The notes under the pieces were generated by a model. The model was not told where the DNA came from. It made no database searches and was given only the letters and a program-made list of their open reading frames with translations. Of a stretch of DNA of 64,000 nt, positions 25,120 through 38,843 are shown one piece after another. The first letter of the stretch is position 1. Every line of letters begins with the position of its first letter. A program made the translations under genes and the position numbers. Source of the DNA: Eledone cirrhosa (taxonomy: Eukaryota); NCBI GenBank assembly GCA_964016885.1, contig OZ024752.1, forward strand, positions 17,236,001 to 17,300,000, written 5' to 3'.

Positions 25120-27085
25120 AAAATTGCAACTACTTCCTGTAGAAGAGAAAATTAGCACTACTTCCTGTAGAAGAGAAAATTACCACTACTTCCTGTAGAA
25201 GAGAAAATTACAACTACTTTCTGTAGAAGAGAAATTTGCTACTTCCCGTAGAAGAGCACATTACAACTATTTCCTGTAGAAGAGAAAAATACAACTACTT
25301 CCTGTAGACGAGAAAATTACAACTACTTCCTGTAGAAGAGAAAATTACAACTACTTCCTGTAGAAGAGAAAATTACAACTACTTCCTGTAGACGAGAAAA
25401 TTACAATTACTTCCTGTACAAGAAAAAATTACAACTACTTCGTCTAGATAAGAACATTACAACTACTTCCTGTAGAAGAGCACATTACAACTACTTTCTG
25501 TAGAAGAGAAAAATACAACTACTTCCTGTAGAAGAGAAAAATACAACTACTTCCTGTAGAAGAGAAAATTACAACTACTTACTGTAGAAGAGAAATTTGC
25601 TACTTCATGTAGAAGAGAAAATTACAACTTGCTGTAGAAGAGAAAATTACAACTATTTCCTCTAGAAGAGAAAAATACAACTACTTCCTGTAGACGAGAA
25701 AATTACAACTACTTCCTGTAGAAGAGAAAATTACAACTACTTCCTGTAGAAGAGAAAAATACAACTACTTCCTCTAGAAGAGAAAAATACAACTACTTCC
25801 TGTAGACGAGAAAATTACAACTACTTCCTGTAGACGAGAAAATTACAACTACATCCTGTAGAAGAGAAAATTACAACTACTTCCTGTAGAAGAGAAAATT
25901 ACAACTACTTCCTGTAGAAGAGAAAAATACAACTACTTCCTGTAGAAGAGAAAAATACAACTATTTCCTGTAGAAGAGAAAATTACAATTACTTCCTGTA
26001 GACGAGAAAATTACAATTACTTCCTGTAGAAGAGAAAAATACAACTACTTCCTGTAGAAGAGAAAAATACAACTACTTCCTGTAGAAGAGAAAATTACAA
26101 CTACTTACTGTAGAACAGAAATTTGCTACTTCCTGTAGAAGAGAAAATTACAACTTGCTGTAGAAGAGACAATTACAACTATTTCCTCTAGAAGAGAAAA
26201 ATACAACTACTTCCTGTAGACGAGAAAATTACAACTACTTCCTGTAGAAGAGAAAAATACAACTACTTCCTGTAGAAGAGAAAATTACCACTACTTCCTG
26301 AAGAAAAGAAAATTACAACTACTTTCTGTAGAAGAGAAATTTGCTACTTCCCGTAGAAGAGCACATTACAACTATTTCCTGTAGAAGAGAAAAATACAAC
26401 TACTTCCTGTAGACGAGAAAATTACAACTACTTCCTGTAGAAGAGAAAATTACAACTACTTCCTGTAGAAGAGAAAATTACAACTACTTCCTGTAGACGA
26501 GAAAATTACAATTACTTCCTGTACAAGAGAAAATTACAACTACTTCGTCTAGATAAGAACATTACAACTACTTCCTGTAGAAGAACACATTACAACTACT
26601 TTCTGTAGAAGAGAAAAATACAACTACTTCCTGTAGAAGAGAAAAATACAACTACTTCCTGTAGAAGAGAAAATTACAACTACTTACTGTAGAAGAGAAA
26701 TTTGCTACTTCCTGTAGAAGAGAAAATTACAACTTGCTGTAGAAGAGAAAATTACAACTATTTCCTCTAGAAGAGAAGAATACAACTGCTTCCTGTAGAC
26801 GAGAAAATTACAACTGCTTCCTGTAGAAGAGAAAATTACAACTACTTCCTGTAGAAGAGAAAATTACAACTACTTCCTGTAGAAGAGAAAAATACAACTA
26901 CTTCCTGTAGACGAGAAAAATACAACTACTTCCTGTAGAAGAGAAAAATACAACTATTTCCTGTAGAAGAGAAAATTACAATTACTTCCTGTAGACGAGA
27001 AAATTACAATTACTTCCTGTAGAAGAGAAAAATACAACTACTTCCTGTAGAAGAGAAAAATACAACTACTTCCTGTAGAAGAGAA
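25120..27085. repeat. 28-bp tandem satellite (~70 units) with ~1105-bp higher-order duplication
   Basis: Consensus TTACAACTACTTCCTGTAGAAGAGAAAA; rare variant CGTCTAGATAAGAAC at 25441 and 26546. Confidence 0.95.
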
Positions 27086-27189
27086 CATACATGTAAAATA
27101 TGTCCAGAAAAACCTTTAAAATTGAAATTTATAAATTAAAACAATAAAAAAGTAAAAATCTCAAATAGCATCTCAGATATGATATTTTA

Positions 27190-27665
27190 TCCACCCAGCT
27201 GGACCGAGGGGACGGCAAAAGGCCAGACGGTATGACCATCTTCCCGTTCCGCGGTGGAAAACCCCACGTCTGGGATGCCACTTGCAGTGACACTTTCTCC
27301 AGCCTTAACCTGGTGCAGTCTGCGACTAACCCAGGTTCTGCTGCACGTCGGGCTGAGGAGGGCAAACTATCCAAGTACCGGTCACTCTCCGACAGGTTCG
27401 CGGTCGTGCCCTTGGCAGTGGAAACTTCTGGTGTCCTTGGCCCTTGGGCTTCCTCCATACTCACCACCATAGGCGCTGATCTGGCCAGCCGCAGATGTGA
27501 CCCTCGCGAGATGGAATGGCTGTTCCAGCGCATCTCCCTTACCATCCTCCGGGGAAACGCCTTCTCCATTCTGTCCGCCGGGGCTGTGGGAAGGCCAGCA
27601 CGTGGGATCCCATTTGCTCATAATACAGAGAGATGGGGAGGGCGAGAAAGAGGGAGGCGATGACA
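27190..27665 (+). mobile_element. 3' fragment of a CRE-clade non-LTR retrotransposon (RLE domain)
   Basis: DGKRPDGMT..WDATCSDT..AARRAEEGKLSKY..VPLAVETSGVLG..LFQRISLTILRGNA. Confidence 0.88.
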
Positions 27666-27942
27666 GTGGGAGTTCGGCTCCTCCATGTTCGGACCATACC
27701 CTTGAAATATATAAAGATGGAAATTTCAACAATTCCTAGACATTACCTTTTACTATTTTATATCTATTAATCAACTTGACCGGATGGGAGATAGACGTTA
27801 TTTTGTAAATAAACCGATTTTAGGATGAATAACGTACGAATGAGCAGAGACCACAGAATACCATGTTGTTAGAATGTGGTAAATATAACAAGGTACTGGA
27901 GGTATTCGCACAAAATCAGAGATGAGCTTACATATTGAGGGT

Positions 27943-28028
27943 TATCTGAGGATCTTTCGATTACAGAGTCAGGTTCGATCAATAATAGATCATTCCTCGA
28001 GCTGATCGACAGTGAAACATATGTAATA
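27943..28028 (+). ncRNA. Type I hammerhead with long stem II, partly decayed
   Basis: UAU-CUGAGGA-u-CU.UCGAUUA...UGAUCGA.AG-u-GAAA-CAUAUG-UA-AUA; palindromic stem III; GUA triplet. Confidence 0.6.
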
Positions 28029-28165
28029 TGTTATTAAATATGTTATGATGCAATACTGACTCTTTGTTTCTTTATTCTTATACTATTATACTGTGCTCTG
28101 CGCGAGCATCGAGTGCTCATCCGGCATACCAACTACAGACGCAATTATCTTGCACCTAATCACTC

Positions 28166-28217
<52 letters not shown>

Positions 28218-28488
28218 TAAAACATGTCTTTAGAATCACTAGATATAATATATACCATTTCCTCTCCTAATCACCATAATTAACCATATAAGAAATCAAT
28301 TAGACCAAGCTATAAGAATAAAGGCTCCTATGAAGAAATCTCCGACAAATAACCGAAAGCAGCCCCTTCGCGGTGGCTGCGATGGAGTATTTATCGAACA
28401 TTTCGACAACATGTAGAAATCGACCAGATGTACAGTCAACTAAACATAATTAGGTGTAAAATCAAACTTAGAAGAAATGCGTACATAC

Positions 28489-28562
28489 CTCTACCATGGT
28501 TTCATCCGTATTTTAAGACATCCGATAACAGGGAATGTCTAGAGCTTCGGATTCATCAGGAG
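28489..28562 (-). ncRNA. Type I hammerhead (inverted copy; distal stem I deleted)
   Basis: Reverse complement of the array motif with an 8-nt deletion after the cleavage site. Confidence 0.75.
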
Positions 28563-28745
28563 TGAACTCAAAATTAGACATTTAATTTTCCAAAGTGATC
28601 GCGCCAAAAATACATTCAAAAATGGCTAAGAATCGTGACGTGGCAGCGGTCAAGCTAGAAAGGATGTGATTAGTTGCTTACAACGTTTTTGAATGTATTT
28701 TTGGCGCGATCACTTTGGAAAATTAAATGTCTAATTTTGAGTTCA

Positions 28746-28819
28746 CTCCTGATGAATCCGAAGCTCTAGACAGTCCCTGTTATCGTATGTCTTAAAATAC
28801 GGATGAAACCATGGTAGAG
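28746..28819 (+). ncRNA. Type I hammerhead (array unit 1)
   Basis: CUC-CUGAUGA-AUCCG..AGACA..UGUCU..CGGAU-GAAA-CCAUGG-UA-GAG; distal stem I CUAAUU/AAUUAG. Confidence 0.88.
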
Positions 28820-29401
28820 GTAATTAGGTATGTACGCATTTCTTCTAAGTTTGATTTTACACCTAATTATGTTTAGTTGACTGTATATCTGGACGATTTC
28901 TACATGCTGTCGAAATGTTCGATAAATACTCCATCGTAGCCACCGCGAAGGGGCTGCTTTCGGTTATTTGTCGGAGATTTCTTCATAGGAGCCTTTATTC
29001 TTATAGCTTGGTCTAATTGATTTTTTATATGGTTAATTATGTTGATTGGGAGAGGAAATGGTATATATTATATCTAGTGATTCTAAAGACATGTTTTATG
29101 ATATATAGCTCTGATTATTTAATTTATTAATTCTTCATTGAGCCACAACGTGACCTGTTGCAAAACACATATATATCTATGACTTTATATATATGTAAAC
29201 CTTTATATGTAATAATCTCCCGTTTGGTTGAGATACAATTTGGCTATATTGGGCTGCGCTTTCAGCAATAAGCCTACCCGCCGTAAGCAACTAATCACAT
29301 CCTTTCTAGCTTGACCGCTGCCACGTCACGATTCTTAGGCATTTTTGAATGTATTTTTGGCACGATCACTTTGGAAAATTAAATGTCTAATTTTGAGTTC
29401 A

Positions 29402-29475
29402 CTCCTGATGAATCCGAAGCTCTAGACAGTCCCTGTTATCGGATGTCTTAAAATACGGATGAAACCATGGTAGAG
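29402..29475 (+). ncRNA. Type I hammerhead (array unit 2)
   Basis: Same motif, core intact. Confidence 0.88.
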
Positions 29476-30057
29476 GTAATTAGGTATGTACGCATTTCTT
29501 CTAAGTTTGATTTTACACCTAATTATGTTTAGTTGACTGTATATCTGGACGATTTCTACATGCTGTCGAAATGTTCGATAAATACTCCATCGTAGCGACC
29601 GCGTAGGGGCTGCTTTCGGTTATTTGCCGGCGATTTCTTCATAGGAGCCTTTATTCTCATAGCTTGGTCTAATTGATTTTTTATATGGTTAATTATGCTG
29701 ATTGGGAGAGGAAATGGTATATATTATATCTAGTGATTCTAAAGACATGTTTTATGATATATAGCTCTGATTATTTAATTTATTAATTCTTCATTGAGCC
29801 ACAACGTGACCTGTTGCAAAACACATATATATCTATGACTTTATATATATGTAAACCTTTATATGTAATAATCTCCCGTTAGGTTGAGATACAATTTGGC
29901 TATATTGGGCTGCGCTTTCAGCAATAAGCCTACCCGCCATAAGCAACTAATCACATCCTTTTTAGCTTGACCGCTGCCACGTCACGATTCTTAGCCATTT
30001 TTGACTGTATTTTTGGCGCGATCACTTTGGAAAATTAAATGTCTAATTTTGAGTTCA

Positions 30058-30131
30058 CTCCTGATGAATCCGAAGCTCTAGACATTCCCTGTTATCGGAT
30101 GTCTTAAAATACGGATGAAACCATGGTAGAG
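30058..30131 (+). ncRNA. Type I hammerhead (array unit 3)
   Basis: Same motif, core intact. Confidence 0.88.
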
Positions 30132-30346
30132 GTAATTAGGTATGTACGCATTTCTTCTAAGTTTGATTTTACACCTAATTATGTTTAGTTGACTGTATAT
30201 CTGGACGATTTCTGCATGCTGTCGAAATGTTCGATAAATACTCCATCGTAGCCACCGCGAAGGGGCTGCTTTCGGTTATTTGTCGGAGATTTCTTCATAG
30301 GAGCCTTTATTCTTATAGCTTGGTGTAATTGATTTTTTTATATGAC

Positions 30347-31093
<747 letters not shown>

Positions 31094-31565
31094 GGGGTGG
31101 GGGTGCGCGCGTGTGTGTGAGTATGTATTTGTGAATGTGTCTGTTGACATCTGGAATATGGCTTAAGAGAAACTTGAAGATAATGGTATGATAGGCACTC
31201 AATATTTTGAACTGGTCTATAGAATTCTCTAGGCCTTTATCACTCTAAGAAGAATTAGCTTTTAAAGAATTTCCCTTTTCTTTAAATCCATCAACCATGA
31301 CTGACCACCAACGATCTTATAGACACCTGAAATATAGGCATTGTTAGCTTAAGAGAAACTTAAAAATAAGGAGTGGCACCCCATTCTGAACTTGTTTATA
31401 GAATTCTTTCTGCCTTTGTTACTCTAAATATAAATTATAGCTTTAAAGAATTAGCTTTTAATGAATTCTCTTTTCTATCAACCAATGACCTCTACCCATC
31501 GCACTCCCCACCTTCCCCTACCACCTGAAGAGATCTATAAATACCATATTTATTTTTTGATACCC

Positions 31566-31616
31566 AGATTCCTGATGATTTCTAAAGAATGAAACAGTTC
31601 TAGTCCTGTAGAATCT
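31566..31616 (+). ncRNA. Type I hammerhead with a self-contained stem III
   Basis: AGAUUC-CUGAUGA-u-UUC-uaaa-GAA-u-GAAA-CAG-uucuaguc-CUG-UA-GAAUCU. Confidence 0.82.
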
Positions 31617-31713
31617 CATCTATATTAAAACTTTTATGCTCTGCTATGTATTGAGTACCTTAATTACTGTGGTTACCTCCGATTCAACCCGGAATAACGT
31701 ATATATATATAAC

Positions 31714-31812
<99 letters not shown>

Positions 31813-31948
31813 GGTTTGAGGTTCACCACTGTATAGAGCTGGTCTATTCCGTATGGTCAATCGTAATGCAATAATATAGAGAGTACTCAACGTAAAGCAG
31901 TTCAACCGTCTTTGTTTTTGTAGTTGGTGGTGCTATTACGGAGTTAAA

Positions 31949-32801
31949 TATTATAATGAAATGACAGGAGGCTGGATTTGTGTAAATCCTTGAAAGGTTT
32001 ATTATACTATGATCATTTCAATGACCGGGTTCCGTATGAATCCGGTGATATCATCAGGTATTCGAAATATAATACGTGAATGTAATAGATAAAATCCATG
32101 GGGATTTTAACTTCATCCTAGAAGTCTAAACACTATAACACACTGACTCCCAATATATTCACCTCTGCTAAGATGCGGGTCCCTGTGAACATTTTCTCGC
32201 GCCACTCCTGGCTTGACTGTGGCCTGACATTAATATCGACCTTTCTTCCTCTTTCTTTCTATCTTCCTTCTTGTAGCCATCAACCCTTACTTTTCTACTT
32301 CTCTCTTCCCTCCCTTCTCTTCTCCCCTCCTCCTGTCTTCCTCCCGCAGACTTATCTTCCTTCCCCCTCTTGCTTGCCTATATCTGACCAGTAGTAGTTG
32401 CCTTTCTTCTTTTAGCTGACATTAACCCTGACTTCTCTTCTTCTTTCTTCCCCTTCTTCTCTCTCCTTCCTTTCTTTCTTTTACCTTGTGTCATGAGATC
32501 GACGTTAACTTATGCTCCCATCCCTTTCTGTTTTCGTTTATCTGACCGGTAGTAGCATACTATAAACTTTAGTCACGTCACTCCAGGGCGACCGGCTGAG
32601 GTTGAAGGAACAGAATAGCGGTTGCCCTCGGGTCCTCGATTTTCAGCCCCATGGATTTTATCTATTACATTCACGTATTATATTTCGAATACCTGATGAT
32701 ATCACCGGATTCATACGGAACCCGGTCATTGAAATGATCATAGTATAATAAACCTTTCAAGGATTTACACAAATCCAGCCTCCTGTCATTTCATTATAAT
32801 A
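31949..32801. mobile_element. Hammerhead element with ~155-bp inverted arms; ribozymes at 32004-32061 (-) and 32689-32746 (+)
   Basis: AUAC-CUGAUGA-uauc-ACCGG..CCGGU-cauu-GAAA-UGAUCA-UA-GUAU; arms 31949-32103 / 32647-32801; (TA)n on the right. Confidence 0.75.
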
Positions 32802-32807
32802 TTATAT

Positions 32808-32893
<86 letters not shown>

Positions 32894-33387
32894 TAAAACA
32901 TGAGAAGAAAGAATACTGCGTGGTTGCACATGGGTTACATATGATAAAAATAGTCCTTCGTCAGTGATTTTCCAACCTTCATTGGTATTTCATCGCTTTA
33001 AAAATCATATACCTTCGGTTGGTGCGAACAATAGCTAAATAAAGCTATTGGGACAAGTAAATCGCGTAAAGCGAGCGAGACAGTAAACAACAGGGAAGGA
33101 TAGCAACGCAAAGATAGGAAAAAACAAGCAGCATGGGAATCCGGTCAGCTTAAGCTGGGTGGATTTCATGAGCGAGAGGGAAATACAGACCATCCGACGT
33201 GAGTGAGATGTGAGCAAGAAGAGAACCCACTACAGGCCAAACGGGAGGAAGTGAAAAGGGGAGAAACAGAGAGTGAGTGAGTGGAAGTGCGAGGAAGAGG
33301 CCAGTCGAGAGAAAGTGTAACTGACAGAGGGAGCGAAAGAAGGTGAGAGAAACATATATATATATATATATATACATATATACATGT

Positions 33388-33479
<92 letters not shown>

Positions 33480-34119
33480 CAATATATAGAGGAGATAACA
33501 CGAGAGAGTTTGTTTTCAATTACAGGGGTATAAGGCAACGAGAGTGAAAAATAAAAAAAAACATAATTAAAGAGATAAATTAAAATGTATAAACCCACCT
33601 TTATAACTATAAAACACCTGGACTGACTCAGAGAGAATGCATTACCATAAACTGTGTAAGAATCATAACGACTCAGGGTTCGTCAGCAGGTTTAAATAAG
33701 GTACGTCTCCCATTTCTAAATAGACATTAGATAATTAACGTGTTGTACGTGTAGGGAGAAGGAAAATACGCGCGCCAGACAGTACATAGTGGCTCCTATG
33801 GATAAATAAACTGCCTGAAATGGCAGCTTATAACCATTCAACTGAAAAGGCGCAACAGAGAAATTAGTAAGGAGCTGAAATATCAAATGAAGCAACGGAG
33901 TTAGAGACTCGCGTGTATCCCTGTAATTAAATGAGCTGAAGGAATAAGTACCGGGCTCTTCATAATACAGTATAGACAGGAGAAAACAGAAAAGAGTATG
34001 TTTTCAATTACAGCGCGAGTCTTTAACTCTGTTGTTTCATTTGATATATATATATATATATATATATCAAATGAGTGCTCACCCGGGTGAACCTGCAGTA
34101 ACTCCTAGTTACACCCACT

Positions 34120-34170
<51 letters not shown>

Positions 34171-34329
34171 CCCAGAAAAACATGGGACGAGCTGATAAAT
34201 TCCGACCTCACACGCTTACACCTCTCCAAGACAATGTCACTGGACCGAGACCTTTGGCGGTACTCAGTAATAGAGAAGACCCGCCTTACCTAAATACAAA
34301 GTAAAAACCTACTACAGTCAGTAGGCATC

Positions 34330-34800
34330 TCTATCAAAACACACCCCCGTCCCACCACCTCCACCCCACCCACACCGCCCCTTTCAATGTAAAGTTATGT
34401 TGGTCCCACAACATCCAGGCCGAAACAAATGAGATCGTGTAGGTGTCACGACAAAAACACACAGTCCACGCTGTAAATGTGGCCGTGTAGGCAACACGGT
34501 AAAAACCTCCCAGCCCCACACTGTAAATGTGGTTGGTGTTAGGAAGGGCATCCAACTGTAGAAAACCCGCCAGACAGTCCACGCTGTAAATGTGGCCGTG
34601 TAGGCAACACGGTAAAAACCTCCCAGCCCCACACTGTAAATGTGGTTGGTGTTAGGAAGGGCATCCAACTGTAGAAAACCCGCCAGACAGTCCTATGCGA
34701 GCAAGACAACCACTCTTGCCTCAAGTGGGAAAACCCCCGTCCAAACCCATGCAAGCGTGGAACACGGACGCTAAACCTGATGATGATGATGATGATGATG
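34330..34800 (+). mobile_element. SINE-like/RTE-tail element with (GAT)n tail and an internal 113-bp tandem duplication
   Basis: GGTGTTAGGAAGGGCATCCAACTGTAGAAAACC twice (ACAGTCCACG at 34461 and 34574); ends CCCATGCAAGCGTGGAACACGGACGCTAAAC-(TGA)n. Confidence 0.65.
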
Positions 34801-34959
34801 ATATACAATGCAAACACCAAAACCAACCACTAGCACAACCCGAAACAACACCGCACAGACAACACATCACAACAACCAACTACATGCTAACTCCAAACAG
34901 AATCTGACCAACCGGCAATAAAACAACAACCCCATAACTCCCAGCTGTAACCGCAAAAA

Positions 34960-35392
34960 GCGGGGGGAATGCCCACTGAGCGGGAAGTGCCTCGTTTAAT
35001 ACATTATATACCAGTACGATGTCACAGCCGGTCGGAAGGAATACACCTATATAGGCGCGACCTCGACTAAATTTAAAGAGCGTTTGTACAACCACAAAAG
35101 CTCTTTCAACCACAGACCTAAGCGTTCCCAAACCAGTCGGGCCGATTTAATCTGGAACCTCAAAGATAGGAATCTGAAATACCAGATCAAATGGTCCGTT
35201 TGGAGACGCATGGCCCAACTTTCCAGCAAAGGAAGCCACTGCAGGTTGTGCCTGGCAGAATCGGTAGAAATCATTAAATTAAAATCGGTCATTAATTTGA
35301 GATCGGAAATCCTCATAAACTGCAGACACACCGAAAAGCATAATTCTCTGCCATGGTATATGGGCAGTAACCACAGACCGACCAAAACTTAA
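34960..35392 (+). mobile_element. Penelope-like GIY-YIG endonuclease fragment
   Basis: YIGATSTKFKERLYNHKSSF..IWNLKD..YQIKW..CRLCLAE..II. Confidence 0.8.
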
Positions 35393-35855
35393 CCACCTGA
35401 AATTAGACAACGATAGACACAACATCCTAGTAACTGCTAACTTTATCATCGTCTCCATTACTACTGTTACGTTCATTACAATTGATGTTCTTGTTAATAT
35501 TACATTGCATCCTTTATCATGTCCCTCATCACTAAACATATCACCGTATATCCACAACTCTCAACCACACTAACACATACCACATACCCTTAAGGCACAC
35601 ACAAACCAGCAGCGCCATGCACATCACCCCAATTGATTTCATCACTTCCATTTGTATTACCAATTTCATCACCGTTATTTAACATTACAGGGGCGGTGGA
35701 TTGGCAGGTTCTTTCTATTTCAAGGTTAACGCTTGAAATAGAAGGAACATGGTCTTATCGTTTCGGTCGCTTGTCCTTCATCAAAAGAAAGTATGTTAAA
35801 TAAGATAAACTGAAGGGTGAATGCAGCGATTCTTTGCATAAACTTTAATCTGTTA

Positions 35856-35899
<44 letters not shown>

Positions 35900-35930
35900 A
35901 TCAAAAGATGGTTAAAAGAGTTCCAAGTAT

Positions 35931-35995
35931 TTTATTATGCGCATTTCAAAAACATATATCATCATGGGATGATATCTGCGTTCTCATCAGATAAA
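35931..35995 (-). ncRNA. Type I hammerhead ribozyme
   Basis: UUUAU-CUGAUGA-gaacgcag-AUAUCAUC-ccau-GAUGAUAU-auguuuuu-GAAA-UGCGCA-UA-AUAAA. Confidence 0.72.
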
Positions 35996-36144
35996 ATAGG
36001 GAGACATGAGCTGAAGCTTAAAAAACACTTGTGAGCAGCGAGGTTTTAAATCAACATATCTTATATTAGTTATACCCCAGTCCTAGAGTGCTACTTATCC
36101 GATATTTGCATTGCTTTATTGTGCTACAATAAAATTCACCTCCT

Positions 36145-36176
<32 letters not shown>

Positions 36177-36437
36177 TTCGTTTTCTGAATTTGTTTAGCA
36201 AGATTCTTTATCTGAAAACGTGTGTTGAAACCGATATTGTTATACTTTGGGAGGGTCATGTTGCCAATAAGAAACACACGTACCAGTTGCTTTCACTCCA
36301 ATTTATTATAAATCAAGAAATTTTTTCAAAAAAAAAAAAAAGAATTTATGTAAAAGAATTTATTTTTTATTTTTTTTTTTTTAAATTTATAAATTTCCGG
36401 TTGGTTGGTTCCACAACCGGATGGTTGTTCATATATT

Positions 36438-36480
36438 GTCAAAGTTATTTCGTCACACATTGTGTGACCTCTTCAGTGAC
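36438..36480 (-). ncRNA. Minimal hammerhead related to the Penelope motif at 18616 (stem III degenerate)
   Basis: GUCA-CUGAAGA-g-GUCACAC-aau-GUGUGAC-GAAA-uaac-UU-UGAC. Confidence 0.6.
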
Positions 36481-36624
36481 TGGCGATTTCTTTCTTTGTT
36501 TTGTGCCAGTCCTTTGTTCCGTCCTACGCCATCTTGTTTTTGTATATATAGTAATAATAATAAATTTGAATAATTCTTTGCTTAAACTTTAATCTGTTAT
36601 TTTAATAAATAAATAAATAAATAA

Positions 36625-36769
<145 letters not shown>

Positions 36770-36917
36770 TAACAGATTAAAGTTTAAGCAAAGCCGCAAT
36801 TCTTTGCTTAAACTTAATGTGTTATTTTAAATATTTGCTCTAGGGTTCTTATATATTTGATATATATTTATGCTTATCGAGCCCTCTTTGGAGTTTAGTC
36901 TTCTCATTTATTATTAT

Positions 36918-36979
<62 letters not shown>

Positions 36980-36984
36980 TATAA

Positions 36985-37545
36985 AGCATGTCCATAGAAT
37001 CATTCGATAATATATATACACCATTTCCTCTCCCAATTAGCATAATCAACCACACAAAAAAACAATTAAACCAGGCTATAAGATTAAAAGCACCTATGAA
37101 GAAATTGTAGATAGATAAACGACAGCCATCTATTAGCGATCAACCGCTATAGAATATTTACCCAACATTTCAATAGCACGTGGAAATCGATTAAATATAC
37201 CTTCAACCATACACAATTAGGTATAAAATTAAAGTTAGAAGAAAAAATGCATATACACATACCAGGATTACGTTTCTACCCTTAGGGTTTCGTTCGCTTT
37301 TGGAAATATCCTATCAAGGATAAATTCTCGAGCTTCGAACTCATCAGGAAACAAACTCACTTGGACAAAGATTTTTCTTAAATGATCCCCGCCAGAAACG
37401 AATTCAAAATGGCTAAGAACTGTGACGTGGCAGTGGTCAAGTCAGAAAGAATGTGATTGGTGCCTTACGACGAGTGGGCTAGTTGCTAGAAAGCGCAGCC
37501 CAATATTGCCCAAATTGCATCTCAACCTTATGGGAGATTATCAAA
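36985..37545 (-). mobile_element. Diverged relative of the 656-bp unit with an intact hammerhead at 37272-37352
   Basis: Collinear similarity to 28213-28680; GUUUC-CUGAUGA-GUUCG..CGAAC-GAAA-CCC-uaa-GGG-UA-GAAAC. Confidence 0.85.
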
Positions 37546-38843
37546 TATAAAGATTTACATATACACAAACTATATATATATATATGTGTGTGTGTGTATA
37601 TATGTGTAGATATGTGTATGTGCGTGTGTATATGTAAGTGTATGTATGTGTGAGTGTGTGTATGTGTGTGTATGAATATGTATGTGGGCTGTAATTATCT
37701 ATACATGTAGGGAAGTGAATATGTGACCAAGCATGTCGCTCCACCCACACATCCCCTCCCAAACCAATATCACCATCGTACATTTCTGACAAATATTCCC
37801 AAACTATCCTGAATTTTCTCTTTGCTGTCATCCCATTCTTATCAAAAGACAAGTATCTTACACCTCATTAAAACCCCCCCACCACCAGACAAACACCTAA
37901 ATTCATCTTTAATATAGAAAATTGTAGAAGTTATTCTTCATAAATTTAAGGTAGTTGATTCAGCTATAAGAAAAGAATTTGAAAAACATCCTGCCATTAT
38001 ATTCATCACAGGTCATTTATTGAAATGTAACCCGCAGGAGGAGACTTTTACAGTCCCTTTCCTAAACAGTCTTTAAACAACCCAACACCACTCCCAATTA
38101 TCTTGCTGTTACCATTCACTATTTTCTGTATATGTATCTGTTAGACACGCAGTGACTAACAACAGAATGTTTTAAGTCTGCATGTTGTATGAAAATATAT
38201 GCGTAGTTTGTGAATAAAAGATTCAAGGGGTATTGCTGGCCGTGGCGATTCCTTCCAAACATGTTTTGTAATGTATCGTCTTATTGGCTAATTTCATCGT
38301 CTTATTGGCTAATCAACCAATGAGAGTAATTGTTGCTCAAAAGCGTTTTGTTTGCACGTTTATTTATCGTTTCGCTTTCGAATCTTCCTCATGTATTTTG
38401 TCGTTTTATCATCAAAATATTTTTCTCGTTTTGGTAAGTTATATTGTTAATTTATATATGAATTTTTAAATTTATATTAACTATTTTTTTTCAGTTCGTT
38501 ATAACATGCTTAGAATATTGGTTGTATCATATTTACTTGTATATATGTCCATATTATTGTTCGTTTTATGTTAGATTATTTTATTATTATTATGTTAGAT
38601 TATTTTTTTATTATTATGTTAGACTATTTGTATGTAATATTTAATTTTTATTAATTCAACTATAACAATTATTATGTAAAATATATTTATTTAATATTGA
38701 TTGTTTTTTGTAGTTGTTTATATTAAAAGTCTCAAAATATTTTTATACATCTTACAATAATATTTATAAGATCATTTATAAAATAACAATTATATAAACT
38801 AATTACATTACAACAATAATTTATTATTAATATATATCATTAA

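Larger units (their letters stand above)
28213..30345. mobile_element. Hammerhead tandem array: inverted copy (28213-28680) plus ~2.5 head-to-tail units of 656 bp; retrozyme/Penelope pLTR-like
   Basis: CTGATGA cores at 28749, 29405 and 30061 (period exactly 656) and on - at 28553-28559; no ORF; (TA)n on the left. Confidence 0.92.

Noticed and set aside
25120-27085. Possible CRISPR array (28-bp repeats)
   Set aside because: Repeats are contiguous with no unique spacers, there are no cas genes, and the context is eukaryotic.
33640-33695. CUGACGA on - as a hammerhead
   Set aside because: No GAAA, stem III or NUH at a plausible position.
35750-35790. UUGAUGA..GAAAC motif on - (and AAGACGA..GAAACGUU at ~48733-48768)
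   Set aside because: Core mismatches without compensation and weak helices; at best decayed copies.
38280-38325. Clustered CCAAT boxes as a promoter
   Set aside because: Two of them come from a short tandem duplication, and no associated gene or TSS evidence is visible.
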